NCBI GenBank assembly: GCA_022824965.1
Contig: JAJDYY010000008.1
Coordinates: 284 to 64,283 of the forward strand
Origin: Gammaproteobacteria bacterium
Lineage (GTDB): Bacteria > Pseudomonadota > Gammaproteobacteria > UBA4575
DNA: 64,000 nucleotides
Reading direction: 5' to 3'
The notes under the pieces were generated by a model that had not been told where the DNA came from, ran no database searches, and worked only from the letters and a program-made list of their open reading frames with translations. Within the stretch, counting starts at the first letter, position 1; each line of letters opens with the position of its first letter. The position numbers and the translations under genes were made by a program. Positions 51,797 to 62,446 of the stretch are shown here, one piece after another.

Positions 51797-53569
51797 CTAT
51801 TGCGTGCCGGGGCGCAGGCGGATATGCAGTTCCTTGAGTTGCTTTTCGTCTGCCGGGGAAGGGGCATCCGTGAGCGGGCAGGTGGCGTTTTGCGTTTTCG
51901 GAAACGGGATGACATCGCGGATGGACTGGCTTTCTGTCATCAGCATGACCAGGCGGTCCAGGCCGAAGGCGATGCCGCCATGCGGGGGCATGCCGCAATC
52001 CAGTGCCCGCATCAGAAAGCCGAATTTCTCTTGTGCCTCCTGCGGGCCGATCTGCAATACCTCGAAGATGGCCGCCTGCATCCCGGCCTTGTGGATACGC
52101 ACGGAACCTCCACCCACCTCGGTGCCGTTGAGGACCAGGTCGTAGGCGCGCGAGGAGACCGTGCCGGGATTCTCGAGCAGCTCCTTGGGATCGCTGCAGG
52201 TCGGCGCCGTGAAGGGATGGTGCAGCGCGGACCAGTTCTTCGCCTCGGTGTCCCACTCGAACATCGGGAACTCGACCACCCAGAGCGGGCGCCAGCCCGG
52301 GTTCACGAGACCGAGGTCATGACCCACCTTGACCCTCAACGCTCCCAGGGCTGCATTCACGGTCTGTTTCCTGTCCGCACCGAAAAACAGCAGGTCCCCG
52401 TCCCGGGCACCGGTTCGCTCCAGCAGCCCGGCGATGACCTCCTCGGGCAGGAATTTCAGGATCGGGGACTGCAGGCCGGACGCGCCGGCCGCCGTGTCGA
52501 CACACTTGATGTAGGCCAGTCCCCTGGCCCCGTACTGGCCGACAAACTCGGTGTACTCATCGATCTGCTTGCGGGTCAGCGCAGCGCCCTGGGGCACCTT
52601 CAGCACGGCAACACGCCCGTCGGGGTCGCAGGCCGGTTCACGGAAGACCTTGAACTCGACTTCTTTCATCAGCCCGGTCAGGTCGACCAGCTCAAGCGGG
52701 ATGCGAAGGTCCGGTTTGTCGCTCCCAAAGCGGTGCAGGGCATCCGCATAACTCATGCGCGGGAACGGTTTTTCCGGCATGACGTCCAGTACCTGTACAA
52801 ACAGGTCGCAGATCATGTCCTCCATCAGGGACATGATCTCGTCTTCGTTCATGAAGGACGTCTCGATGTCCAGCTGCGTGAATTCAGGCTGGCGGTCGGC
52901 ACGCAGGTCCTCGTCCCGAAAGCAGCGGACGATCTGGTAGTAGCGGTCAAAGCCGCTGGCCATCAGCAACTGCTTGAAGAGCTGCGGGGACTGCGGCAGC
53001 GCAAAGAACGAGCCCGCCTGGGTGCGGCTGGGCACCAGGTAGTCCCTCGCCCCTTCCGGGGTCGCGCGTGTCAGGATCGGGGTTTCGATGTCGAGAAATC
53101 CATGGCTGTCCAGAAAATTCCTCAACACCCGGCCCACGGTCGCCTTGGTGCGGATACGCTCCTGCATGAAGGGACGGCGCAGGTCGATATAACGGTGGCG
53201 CAAGCGGGTTTCCTCGTGCACGTCCTCGTCATCGAGCTGAAACGGCGGGGTCTGCGATTCGTTCAGCACCTGCAATGCCGTGGCCAGGATCTCGACCTGG
53301 CCGGTCGGCAGGTCCGGGTTGACGGTCCCCTCGGGGCGCGGGCGCACCCGCCCGGTGACATGCAGCACGTATTCATTGCGAATCTGCTCGGCGGTTTCGA
53401 AGATGTCGGACTGCTCCGGGTCAAACACGACCTGGACGATCCCGTCGCGATCCCGCAGGTCCACGAAGATGATGCCGCCGTGGTCGCGCCTTCGGTTGAC
53501 CCAGCCACATACCGCAACTTCCCGCTCGATGAGCGACTCGGTGACCTGACCGCAGTAGTGAGTTCTCAT
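51797..53569 (-). CDS. aspS: Aspartate--tRNA ligase
   Basis: 590 aa; OB-fold N-terminus, class II motifs, full-length AspRS similarity. Confidence 0.97.
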   Translation of the reverse strand: MRTHYCGQVTESLIEREVAVCGWVNRRRDHGGIIFVDLRDRDGIVQVVFDPEQSDIFETAEQIRNEYVLHVTGRVRPRPEGTVNPDLPTGQVEILATALQVLNESQTPPFQLDDEDVHEETRLRHRYIDLRRPFMQERIRTKATVGRVLRNFLDSHGFLDIETPILTRATPEGARDYLVPSRTQAGSFFALPQSPQLFKQLLMASGFDRYYQIVRCFRDEDLRADRQPEFTQLDIETSFMNEDEIMSLMEDMICDLFVQVLDVMPEKPFPRMSYADALHRFGSDKPDLRIPLELVDLTGLMKEVEFKVFREPACDPDGRVAVLKVPQGAALTRKQIDEYTEFVGQYGARGLAYIKCVDTAAGASGLQSPILKFLPEEVIAGLLERTGARDGDLLFFGADRKQTVNAALGALRVKVGHDLGLVNPGWRPLWVVEFPMFEWDTEAKNWSALHHPFTAPTCSDPKELLENPGTVSSRAYDLVLNGTEVGGGSVRIHKAGMQAAIFEVLQIGPQEAQEKFGFLMRALDCGMPPHGGIAFGLDRLVMLMTESQSIRDVIPFPKTQNATCPLTDAPSPADEKQLKELHIRLRPGTQ

Positions 53570-53707
53570 GAGGAGTGTGTAATCGGTACCGGCCAGTCCT
53601 GGATGCAGCAGCCTGGAAAAGGCGCCCGGCGTTCAGGCCAACCTGAAACCGGCTCCCTCAGGCACGGGGAACCGAAAGGTTGTCAAGCCCAGCCAACGGC
53701 GCGTCGC

Positions 53708-54037
53708 TCAAGATGCTCTCCTGCCCTGCTGCGAACCGGAGCTCCCGGCCTTGGCCTTGGCCGGCTGGCCGGATGCGTCTTTTTTCTTGCCTTGCGACTT
53801 GGAGGAACCGTCGCTTTTTTTCTGGGAATCCGCCGAGGCCAGATTGCGTTTGTTGTCCGATTTGAAATCCGTCTCGTACCAGCCCGAGCCGCTGAGCCTG
53901 AACCCGGCCGCGGACACCAGCTTCCTCAGGGAAGCATGGGTGCACTGCGGGCAGTCCGTCAACACCGGATCGCCGGCCTTTTGCAGGATATCGAAACGAT
54001 AGCCGCAGGCATCGCATTGGTACTCGTAAATCGGCAT
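53708..54037 (-). CDS. FmdB-family zinc-ribbon protein
   Basis: MPIYEYQCDACGYRF...CPQC CxxC pairs and a Ser/Lys-rich tail. Confidence 0.8.
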   Translation of the reverse strand: MPIYEYQCDACGYRFDILQKAGDPVLTDCPQCTHASLRKLVSAAGFRLSGSGWYETDFKSDNKRNLASADSQKKSDGSSKSQGKKKDASGQPAKAKAGSSGSQQGRRAS

Positions 54038-54039
54038 CT

Positions 54040-54324
54040 CTACAGTATTTGAAAATCCGTAAATTGTTTCATGGCCACCGGCTCACAGTGGACGGTGCGC
54101 ACCCGCGCGAGTTCCGGGCCGGTGTGCAGCCAGTCCCGCAGCTCGTTCAAGGCCGCAACTTTACCACAGGCGATGACTTCCACACTTCCATTTGCCAAAT
54201 TTTTTGCATGGCCCGCGATGCCAAGCCGTCGCGCCTCATCTCTGGTGGATACACGGAAGAAAACGCCCTGCACGGTTCCCGAAACGATGCAGCGCAGGCA
54301 GGCATGGTCAGGCGCATCAGTCAT
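54040..54324 (-). CDS. acyP: Acylphosphatase
   Basis: VSGTVQGVFFR and GHAKNLANGSVEV motifs. Confidence 0.85.
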   Translation of the reverse strand: MTDAPDHACLRCIVSGTVQGVFFRVSTRDEARRLGIAGHAKNLANGSVEVIACGKVAALNELRDWLHTGPELARVRTVHCEPVAMKQFTDFQIL

Positions 54325-54437
54325 TGCAGGCAACAGGTAGCGTATCGGTCAAGCGGCGCGGTGGACGGGTCAATCATCCACGGGTACCCTAGGGTCGGTC
54401 ACAAATATAACCGGAAAATGCATGGAGAAAAAGAGAG

Positions 54438-54791
54438 ATGGATGATCCCAAAACCGTAATTTACTACAACCCCCGGTGCTCAAAATGCCGCATGACGCTG
54501 AAGCTTCTGCAAGAGCGCGGAGAAGAGCCCGAGATCATAGAATACCTCCAGACCACCCCGTCCCGCGCCGAGCTCAGGGAAGTGCTGTCGCTGCTGGGAA
54601 TGCATGCCGGCCAGCTGCTGCGCAAGAAGGAATCCGCCTACCGGGACGCCGGGCTCGACGACGCTTCAAGCGAAGACGAGATACTCGATGCGATGATGGA
54701 ACACCCCGTGCTCATTGAGCGCCCGATCGTAGTCCGCGACGGCAAGGCCGCGATCGGCCGACCTCCGGAGAATGTCCTCGACATCCTCTAG
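54438..54791 (+). CDS. ArsC/Spx-family protein (YffB-like)
   Basis: VIYYNPRCSKCR CxxC thioredoxin-like N-terminus; 117 aa. Confidence 0.8.
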   Translation: MDDPKTVIYYNPRCSKCRMTLKLLQERGEEPEIIEYLQTTPSRAELREVLSLLGMHAGQLLRKKESAYRDAGLDDASSEDEILDAMMEHPVLIERPIVVRDGKAAIGRPPENVLDIL

Positions 54792-54840
54792 TCTGTGAAG
54801 GTGATGACAGGACCCCCGCGTGCGCCCTGCAGCCCTGCCC

Positions 54841-55557
54841 CTAGGTGCCTGCCAGCACGGACCGCACGAATGGAACCGTGATTTTCCTTTGCAGGGCCAG
54901 GGAATAATTATCAAGCTTATCAATAATTTCCACGAGCTTTTTCAGCTCCCTGGGATACCGCCTGAGCAGATAGCTGCACACTTCGGGTGAAACCTCCAGG
55001 CCCCGTGCCTGGGCATGCAGGCGGATCGCCAGCTTTTTCTGTTCGTCCGTCAGGCTGGACAGCCGGTACACGAGTCCGCCGGCGAGGCGCGAGGCCAGGT
55101 CCGCCAGGCCGATGTCCAGGTCGCCCGGCTTGCAGGATGCCGACACCACCAGGGCCTTGTTTCCCAGCCACATGTCGTTGACGATCCGGAACAGGGCGCG
55201 TTCCCAGCCCCCTTGGCCCAGTACGCAATCGATATCGTCCATGCACACGACATCGAGGTGTTGCAGGTCATTCAGCAGGTTCGGATCCGCTGCGGCAAAC
55301 TCGCGCATGGGCAAAAAGACGGTTCGCAGTCCGGTGCGGGCCAGATGATTGCAGACCGCCTGCAGCAGGTGCGACTTGCCGCTTTGCGTGCGGCCCCACA
55401 GGAAATAGTGCCTGGGCTCCCCGGTCGCGCGTGCCAAGCCTTTCAGCGAATGCACCAGCTCGTGGTCTTCGGGGCTGACAAAGGTGTCGAACGTGGCATG
55501 CGGTCGCAGCACGATGTCCAGCGGGCGCTGGGCGGAATCTAGCGGGGAGGAATTCAC
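54841..55557 (-). CDS. hda: DnaA regulatory inactivator Hda
   Basis: DnaA domain III-like AAA+ (WGRTQSGKSHLLQAVC) with a short N-terminus. Confidence 0.85.
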   Translation of the reverse strand: MNSSPLDSAQRPLDIVLRPHATFDTFVSPEDHELVHSLKGLARATGEPRHYFLWGRTQSGKSHLLQAVCNHLARTGLRTVFLPMREFAAADPNLLNDLQHLDVVCMDDIDCVLGQGGWERALFRIVNDMWLGNKALVVSASCKPGDLDIGLADLASRLAGGLVYRLSSLTDEQKKLAIRLHAQARGLEVSPEVCSYLLRRYPRELKKLVEIIDKLDNYSLALQRKITVPFVRSVLAGT

Positions 55558-55589
55558 ACGTGCTTTCCGGTGGCAGGCAGCGGATGGGG

Positions 55590-56150
55590 TCAGACCGGCT
55601 TTTCGGGATGCCGGGCGCCCCGCTTGAACTTTTCCTCCATCAGGTAGTCGAGGCCACTGGCGATCGTGGTCACGAGTGTCAAACCGATCAAAGTCTGGAT
55701 AAACAGTTCAGGAACGACCTCTAACTGGTTGTAAATTATGGAAACAACCAGGACGATCTGAACCACGGTATTGAACTTGCTGATCAAGGTTGGCTGGATT
55801 TCCAGGCGCCTCGTCGCAAAATTGTAGGTCAGCGTTCCGGCAAGGATCGCGACATCCCGCAGGATCACGACGAACACCAGCCAGTGCGGCAACAGGTGCA
55901 GCGCCCCCAGGGTCACGTAGGCGCCGATCAGCATCGTCTTGTCGGCCGCCGGGTCCATGTAGGCACCCAGTGCCGTCCTCCACTGGAAACTCTTGGCCAG
56001 GTATCCGTCCAGCGCATCCGACAATCCCATCAGGACAAAGAGCCACAGGGCGTTGTTGAACTGCCCGTCGAACAGCCACCACAGGAGCAGCGGAACCGCG
56101 GCAAGCCGTGCAGCCGTGATAAGATTCGGAATGTATCTCCAGTTAGACAT
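55590..56150 (-). CDS. CDP-alcohol phosphatidyltransferase family protein
   Basis: DALDGYLAK...GAYMDPAADK motif; 5-6 TM helices. Confidence 0.8.
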   Translation of the reverse strand: MSNWRYIPNLITAARLAAVPLLLWWLFDGQFNNALWLFVLMGLSDALDGYLAKSFQWRTALGAYMDPAADKTMLIGAYVTLGALHLLPHWLVFVVILRDVAILAGTLTYNFATRRLEIQPTLISKFNTVVQIVLVVSIIYNQLEVVPELFIQTLIGLTLVTTIASGLDYLMEEKFKRGARHPEKPV

Positions 56151-56339
56151 GATATAGCTGACCGCTTCTTAGTATATAATCCGCAAGCCGTATCGTGTAA
56201 AAATCTACTGCTCCCATCCTGATGGTATAAGCAAGCCGGTAGCGAAGCAACGAGCAATCCAGATGGCACCTTGGGCAATATCTGCAATATCCCGTTATTA
56301 CAGTCCTTTATGAAGTCTATCTAATAGCCATTAGAAGAG

Positions 56340-57365
56340 ATGAGCCTCACATACAAGAAAGCCGGTGTGGACATTGACGCCGGAAAAAGGCTTGTAGACC
56401 GGATCGCACCGGTCGTGCGTGACACCCACCGCCCCGAGGTCATCCCCAACCCCGGTGGATTCGGCGGTCTTTTTGCACCGCGCCTGGACTGCTACACGAA
56501 TCCCGTACTGGTTGCAGGTGCCGACGGCGTCGGCACGAAACTGTCCCTGGCGCAGCAACTGGGCGACCACTCGACCATCGGCGTCGACCTCGTGGCCATG
56601 TGCGCCAACGATGTCGTCGTCCAGGGGGCGGAGCCGCTTTTTTTCCTGGACTACTTTGCCACGGGCGTGCTCTCCGTTGAGCAGGCCCAGGAAGTCATCA
56701 CGGGTATTGCGCATGGCTGCAAGCTGGCGGGCGCCGCATTGATCGGAGGAGAGACCGCGGAGATGCCGGGCATGTACCCGCCCGGAGAGTACGATCTTGC
56801 GGGGTTTTGTGTAGGTCTGGTGGAGCGTGACCGGCTGATTGACGGGCACAGGATCACCGAGGGCGACCGGGTGCTGGGCCTGGCCTCGAGCGGCATTCAT
56901 TCGAACGGCTATTCCCTGGTCAACCGGATCATCGAGACAAGCCGGACCTCGCTCGACGAAAAGCTGGCAGGCCAGACCCTGGGGACACTCCTGCTGACCC
57001 CGACAAGAATCTACACCCAGGTCGTGCTGCAGCTTGTGCAGACCCTGCAAGTGCATGGCCTGTGTCACATCACGGGGGGTGGACTGGTCGAGAACGTACC
57101 GCGTATGATTCCGGATGGTCTGTTAGCGCAGATCGACACCCGGACCTGGGAGCGCCCGGAAGTATTTGACTGGATACAACAGGCGGGTGCCATCGAGGAC
57201 AGGGAAATGCACCGGGTATTCAATTGCGGGATGGGCATGCTGGTGGTCGTGCCTGAAGATCAGGTCGATGCCGGAATGGATCTCTGCCGTCAATCCGGCC
57301 AGTCGGCGGAAATCGTTGGTGAAATCATGTGCTCGGACACGGAAGAAAAAGTTCGTTTGATCTGA
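56340..57365 (+). CDS. purM: Phosphoribosylformylglycinamidine cyclo-ligase
   Basis: YKKAGVDIDAG N-terminus; full-length AIR synthase. Confidence 0.96.
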   Translation: MSLTYKKAGVDIDAGKRLVDRIAPVVRDTHRPEVIPNPGGFGGLFAPRLDCYTNPVLVAGADGVGTKLSLAQQLGDHSTIGVDLVAMCANDVVVQGAEPLFFLDYFATGVLSVEQAQEVITGIAHGCKLAGAALIGGETAEMPGMYPPGEYDLAGFCVGLVERDRLIDGHRITEGDRVLGLASSGIHSNGYSLVNRIIETSRTSLDEKLAGQTLGTLLLTPTRIYTQVVLQLVQTLQVHGLCHITGGGLVENVPRMIPDGLLAQIDTRTWERPEVFDWIQQAGAIEDREMHRVFNCGMGMLVVVPEDQVDAGMDLCRQSGQSAEIVGEIMCSDTEEKVRLI

Positions 57366-57367
57366 CC

Positions 57368-58039
57368 ATGCCGGATAACCAGACATCCATCGCCGTCCTG
57401 TTTTCCGGAAACGGAACAAACATGCAGTCCGTCATCAAGCATGTCCGGCAGGGGCGGATCCATGCCCGAATCGCGTGTGCAATCAGCAACCGGTCCGACG
57501 CCTATGGCCTGACACGCGCCAAACAGGCGGGGATTCCAGCCTACGTCGTCGAGCATGGCCAGTATCCGTCGCGACAGTCGTTTGAAGAGGAACTCATCCG
57601 GATTCTCGAAAGCCACGACGTCGAGACCGTCGTGCTGGCCGGTTTCATGCGTGTGTTCAGTGAGGTCTTCGTCCAACGGTATGCCAACAGGATTCTGAAC
57701 ATCCACCCTTCCCTGCTGCCCAAATACCCCGGTCTTGAAACCCACCACAGGGTGCTGGCTGCAAAGGATTCACAGCACGGATGCAGCGTGCATTTCGTCA
57801 CGGAGGAACTGGACGAGGGGCCCCTGGTGCTTCAGGCCAAGGTGCCGGTGTTCGAAACGGACGACGTTCACAGCCTGATCCGCCGTGTACTGGAAAAGGA
57901 ACACATGGTGTTCCCGCTCGCCATTCGCTGGTTTTGTGAAGGCAAGCTGCAATGCAATGACGGCACGGTATATTTCAACAGCAAAGTCCTGGAGAGACCT
58001 CTGCAGCTCACCATCGCGCACAAATCCGAGCTGGTATGA
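57368..58039 (+). CDS. purN: Phosphoribosylglycinamide formyltransferase
   Basis: IAVLFSGNGTNMQ and NIHPSLLP motifs. Start taken at MPDNQT. Confidence 0.93.
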   Translation: MPDNQTSIAVLFSGNGTNMQSVIKHVRQGRIHARIACAISNRSDAYGLTRAKQAGIPAYVVEHGQYPSRQSFEEELIRILESHDVETVVLAGFMRVFSEVFVQRYANRILNIHPSLLPKYPGLETHHRVLAAKDSQHGCSVHFVTEELDEGPLVLQAKVPVFETDDVHSLIRRVLEKEHMVFPLAIRWFCEGKLQCNDGTVYFNSKVLERPLQLTIAHKSELV

Positions 58040-58773
58040 GCAAATTCCCGGTCATGCTGGCCACCTGCCTTGTGCTGGCCGGGCCGATCACCTCCGCCCA
58101 TGCCGCGACGCTGGAATCCGAGAAACTTCCGCCTGAATTCGAGGCCATTTACGAGGTCAGAAAAGGAGAGGTCACGGTCGGTGAGATGCGCCTCAGCCTG
58201 AGGAAGCAGGATGGCAAACTGGTGTACGAGTCTCAAACCTACCCGGTCGGGATCGCCGCATTTTTCCTGGGCTCGCAGGTCGCCACCTACCGCACCGTGC
58301 TTGAGAGGACCGAAGACCGTTATCGCGTGGTCGAGTTCGAATACGAGGTCCAGGGGGCGGACAAGGACCGCAACGAACAGTACGTCTTCGACTGGACCAG
58401 TCGCACGGCACATTCCACGTACAAGGGCAAAACGCGCACCCTGGCGATCGAGCCCCACACGCTGGACCGGTTCTCCGTCCAGCTCCTGCTGATGCGCGAA
58501 CCGGATGCCGGGATCAACCGCTATGCCTGCCCGGTGGTCTCACGGGGCCGCCTGAAAGAGTATGTATACGAACTTGAGCCCGACCAGCCCGTACAGACCC
58601 GGCTTGGCAGCTTCACCGCGCACAAGTACGTGCGGGAAAAAAATGACAGGAAGGGCACCCGGTATACGGAATGGTATGCCGAGTCCCTGCATTACATCCC
58701 GGTCCGCTCGGACAAGACCCGCAATGGAAAAACCGAAATCTCCGCCCGTATCACAGAGGTCCGCTGGCTGTAG
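58036..58773 (+). CDS. DUF3108-family periplasmic protein
   Basis: Signal peptide; conserved location after purN; beta-rich composition. Confidence 0.65.
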   Translation: MSKFPVMLATCLVLAGPITSAHAATLESEKLPPEFEAIYEVRKGEVTVGEMRLSLRKQDGKLVYESQTYPVGIAAFFLGSQVATYRTVLERTEDRYRVVEFEYEVQGADKDRNEQYVFDWTSRTAHSTYKGKTRTLAIEPHTLDRFSVQLLLMREPDAGINRYACPVVSRGRLKEYVYELEPDQPVQTRLGSFTAHKYVREKNDRKGTRYTEWYAESLHYIPVRSDKTRNGKTEISARITEVRWL

Positions 58774-58788
58774 AAACCGCTGCAGCGC

Positions 58789-60126
58789 TCAGCTTCCCGC
58801 GACCGTCATCCCGTCGATCAGCACGGACGGAGTCACGATGCGGCTGCGTGCATCGGTATCGCTGCCGATGGCCACGATTCTCTGAAAGATATCCTTGAGG
58901 TTGCCGGCAACGGTGATTTCCTCGACGGCATGCTGGATCTCGCCGTTCTCGACCCAGTAGCCCATGGCCCCGCGCGAATAATCGCCGGTCACGCCGTTCA
59001 CCCCGTGACCGATCAGTTCGGTCACCAGCAATCCGCGCTGCATGCCGGACATCAGTTGATCCAGCGTCTGTTCGCCCGGCTGCAAAATCAGGTTATGGAT
59101 GCCGCCTGCATTGCCGGTGGTCTGCATGCCCAGTTTCCGGGCCGAGTAGCTGCTCAGTACGTAGCCCTGCAACACGCCGTCGGCCACCAAGGTACGTGGC
59201 CGCGTCGCCACGCCTTCCATGTCAAACGCGCTGCTGGCAAGCCCGCCCTTGATGTGCGGGTCCTCGGACAGGGTCACCAGATCGGAAAATACCTTCTTGT
59301 TCAGGTGGTCCAGCAAAAACGATGCCTTCCGGTACAGCGCACTGCCGGAAACCGCCGAGACAAAGTGGGACAGCAATGAACGGGCCATGCCCGCTTCAAA
59401 AATGACCGGGGTGGTCTGCGTGGCGATCTTTCTGGCGCCAAGCCGGCGGAGGGTGCGTTGCGCAGCGATTTCCCCGACCTCGGTCGCAGACTGCAGCCTT
59501 GCCGGGTCGCGTGATGTCGTGTACCAGTAGTCGCGCTGCATGCCCCCGTCCTGTTCTGCAATGACGGTGCAGGAAAGGCTGTGCCGGGTGGACAGGTACT
59601 GGCCCATAAAACCGTGTGAATTGCCGTAGATGTGTGTGCCCTGACCGGTACTGACACCGGCGCCCTCCGAGTTTGAGATCTCCTCGGGTTCTCGCGCCTT
59701 GTTCTCGCATTCAATGGCGATCTCCACCGCCTCGTCGGGACTCAGCTGCCAGGGATGGTCCAGTTCCAGGTCCGGCAGCTCGGTGGCAAGCTGATCCGGG
59801 TCCGCCAGTCCGGCACATTCGTCCTGTTCCGTAAATTTTGCGATGTTGCATGCAGACAGGACCGCGTTGCGAACGGCAGGGAGTTCAAAATCCGTAGTAC
59901 TGGAAGTGCCCTTTCGATGATCGACGTAGACGGTCACGCCGAGTCGCCGGGAATTGTGCTTTTCCAGGGTTTCGACCTCGCCGAGTCGCGCGTTGACGGA
60001 CAGCCCGTGTTCGATGCCAATCGAGGCCTCTGCACCTTCAGCCCCCAGCCGTCCGGCCTCGTCCAGACAAAACTGCACCAGCTGCAGCAGCCGGTCTTCG
60101 TGACGGGACAGGCTTTGGGCCTCCAT
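58789..60126 (-). CDS. pmbA: Metalloprotease PmbA (TldE)
   Basis: TldD/PmbA fold (GMQRDYWYT, GAMGYWVENGEI). Translationally coupled to tldD. Confidence 0.9.
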   Translation of the reverse strand: MEAQSLSRHEDRLLQLVQFCLDEAGRLGAEGAEASIGIEHGLSVNARLGEVETLEKHNSRRLGVTVYVDHRKGTSSTTDFELPAVRNAVLSACNIAKFTEQDECAGLADPDQLATELPDLELDHPWQLSPDEAVEIAIECENKAREPEEISNSEGAGVSTGQGTHIYGNSHGFMGQYLSTRHSLSCTVIAEQDGGMQRDYWYTTSRDPARLQSATEVGEIAAQRTLRRLGARKIATQTTPVIFEAGMARSLLSHFVSAVSGSALYRKASFLLDHLNKKVFSDLVTLSEDPHIKGGLASSAFDMEGVATRPRTLVADGVLQGYVLSSYSARKLGMQTTGNAGGIHNLILQPGEQTLDQLMSGMQRGLLVTELIGHGVNGVTGDYSRGAMGYWVENGEIQHAVEEITVAGNLKDIFQRIVAIGSDTDARSRIVTPSVLIDGMTVAGS

Positions 60127-61577
60127 CAGCCTGCCGTGCCGCCCACCGTCAGGCCATCGACCCGCAGCGTGGGCTGGCCCACTCCGACGGGAACACTCTG
60201 TCCCTCCTTGCCGCAGGTCCCGATCCCGTCATCGAGGCGCAGGTCGTTGCCGATCATGCTGACCTTGGTCAGCACATCCGGGCCGTCACCGATCAGGGTC
60301 GCCCCCTTGACCGGCCGGGTGACCTTTCCCTTTTCGATCAGGTAGGCCTCAGAGGCGGAAAACACGAACTTTCCGGAGGTGATGTCCACCTGCCCGCCCC
60401 CGAAATTCACGGCATAAAACCCCGAGTCCACGGAGCGGATGATTTCCTCCGGTTCGTGCTCGCCCGCAAGCATGTAGGTATTGGTCATGCGCGGCATGGG
60501 CAGATGTGCGAAGGACTCGCGCCGGCCGTTTCCCGTGGGTGCCGTTTTGGACAGCTTGGCATTCAGCCGGTCCTGCATGAAACCCTTCAGGATCCCGTCC
60601 TCGATGAGAACGGTGCACTGGGTGGTCGTGCCTTCATCATCGATGTTCAGGGAACCGCGGCGGTTCTCCAGCGTTCCGTCATCCACCACCGTGATGCCGG
60701 GGCTGGCCACACGCTCGCCGATGCGCCCGCTGAAAGCCGAGACGCCCTTGTAGGTAAAGTCTCCTTCCAGGCCATGACCGATGGCCTCGTGCAACAGCAC
60801 GCCGGGCCACCCGGGACCCAGCACGACATCCATCGTTCCTGCCGGCGCATCCACCGCCTCGAGATTGAGCAGTGCCGTTCGCACCGCTTCGCGCACATAG
60901 GAATCGGCGCGGTCTTCCTGGTTGAAGAAATCATAGCCGACACGGCCGCCGCCCCCGGCACTGCCCTGTTCCAGGCGCCCCTTGTGTTCGGCAATGACGG
61001 ACACGTACAGCCGGACCAGCGGGCGGATATCGGCGGCCATCTGGCCGTCACTGTTGGCCACCAGCACCATCTCGTGCGTGCCGGCGAGCGACATCATCAC
61101 CTGCTTGATGCGCGGGTCCTGCTTGCGCGCCAGGCTGTCGAGGCGTCGCAGCAGGTCCACCTTGTCGGATTCGCTGAAGGAGTCGAGCGGATTTTCCGAC
61201 AGGTAGAGATTGTTGCCGGTACAGAACTTCCAGCTCTGCACCGCACCGCCCTGGCCGCCCCGGGCGATCGCACGGGCCGCCTTGCAGGATTCCAGCAGGG
61301 CCGGCAGGACGATTTCATCGGAATAGGCGAAGCCGCTTTTCTCGCCCTTGATGGCCCGGATGCCCACGCCCTGGCTGAGATCGTGGCTCGCCTCCTTGAC
61401 GATTCCGTCTTCCAGGGACCAGGCCTCCTGCTTGCGCAACTGGAAGTAGATATCCCCGCTGTCCGCGGCGGAATCCAGCAGGACGGAAAAAGCCTGCATC
61501 AGGTGGGTTTCATCCAGCCCGGACGGGGCGAGGATGGTTTCTTGTGCCAGTGCCAGTGGGTTTTCCATGGGGTTCAT
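60126..61577 (-). CDS. tldD: Metalloprotease TldD
   Basis: [12 protein letters not shown] zinc-binding motif; full-length TldD. Confidence 0.94.
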   Translation of the reverse strand: MNPMENPLALAQETILAPSGLDETHLMQAFSVLLDSAADSGDIYFQLRKQEAWSLEDGIVKEASHDLSQGVGIRAIKGEKSGFAYSDEIVLPALLESCKAARAIARGGQGGAVQSWKFCTGNNLYLSENPLDSFSESDKVDLLRRLDSLARKQDPRIKQVMMSLAGTHEMVLVANSDGQMAADIRPLVRLYVSVIAEHKGRLEQGSAGGGGRVGYDFFNQEDRADSYVREAVRTALLNLEAVDAPAGTMDVVLGPGWPGVLLHEAIGHGLEGDFTYKGVSAFSGRIGERVASPGITVVDDGTLENRRGSLNIDDEGTTTQCTVLIEDGILKGFMQDRLNAKLSKTAPTGNGRRESFAHLPMPRMTNTYMLAGEHEPEEIIRSVDSGFYAVNFGGGQVDITSGKFVFSASEAYLIEKGKVTRPVKGATLIGDGPDVLTKVSMIGNDLRLDDGIGTCGKEGQSVPVGVGQPTLRVDGLTVGGTAG

Positions 61578-61604
61578 TCGCCCGTCATGCGGTGTGTTCA
61601 GCGT

Positions 61605-62420
61605 TCATTTCAGTCTTCGATGCTCGATGCAGGGAAAGGTTTTGCGCCGCGACTTGAGATACTCCAGGTTTACGCCGCCGACGGCAATGCCTGCACCCTG
61701 CTTGACACGGTTCAGGATCACGCCCCACGGGTCCACGATCATGCTGTCGCCGTACGTCGTGCGGCCACTGACATGGTAGCCGCCCTGCGCAGAGGCGATC
61801 ACGTACATGACGTTCTCGATCGCGCGTGCACGGATCAGGCTTTCCCAGTGGGCCTGCCCGGTCGCCGCCGTGAAGGCTGCAGGCAGTACGACCACCTGTG
61901 CACCCAGGTCCAGCAGCTCCCTGAACAGTTCCGGGAAACGCAGGTCATAACAGACCGCGAGACCAATCCTCCCAAAGGGCGAGTCCACGACCTGCAGCCC
62001 AGATTTCCCGTACTCGATGGTTTCCGACTCATTGTAGCTTTCACCGGTCTCCACCAGGTTGACATCAAACAAATGAATCTTGTCATAGCGCGCCACGCAA
62101 TTTCCCCGGTCGTCATAGACCAGGCAGGCCGCAAAAATCTTGTCGGGATCATCGCATTCGAGGGGCACCGTGCCTCCCACGATCCAGATGTTGTGATGCC
62201 TGGCCTGCCCGGCCAGGAAGTTCTGTATGGCCCCGCTGCCGGCCGCTTCCCTGACCTCGACCTTGTCTTCCTCCCTCACCCCCATGATGGCAAAGTTTTC
62301 CGGCAGTACCACCAGGCCCGCACCGGCATCCACCGCCTGTCGAATCAGGCGGCCGGCCTCGTGCAGATTGGCATCGACATTGGGCCCGGAGGCCATTTGT
62401 ATGGTAGCGACTTTCTGCAT
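61605..62420 (-). CDS. Carbon-nitrogen hydrolase family protein (nitrilase superfamily)
   Basis: LVVLPENF Glu, RYDKIHLFD Lys, and AVCYDLRFPE catalytic Cys. Confidence 0.88.
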   Translation of the reverse strand: MQKVATIQMASGPNVDANLHEAGRLIRQAVDAGAGLVVLPENFAIMGVREEDKVEVREAAGSGAIQNFLAGQARHHNIWIVGGTVPLECDDPDKIFAACLVYDDRGNCVARYDKIHLFDVNLVETGESYNESETIEYGKSGLQVVDSPFGRIGLAVCYDLRFPELFRELLDLGAQVVVLPAAFTAATGQAHWESLIRARAIENVMYVIASAQGGYHVSGRTTYGDSMIVDPWGVILNRVKQGAGIAVGGVNLEYLKSRRKTFPCIEHRRLK

Positions 62421-62446
62421 TATGGTCTTCAGGGCCTGTCTAGGAA

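Noticed and set aside
51776-54052. 758 aa plus-strand ORF
   Set aside because: Antisense to aspS and the FmdB zinc-ribbon gene; Arg/Gly/Ala/Leu-rich low-complexity translation.
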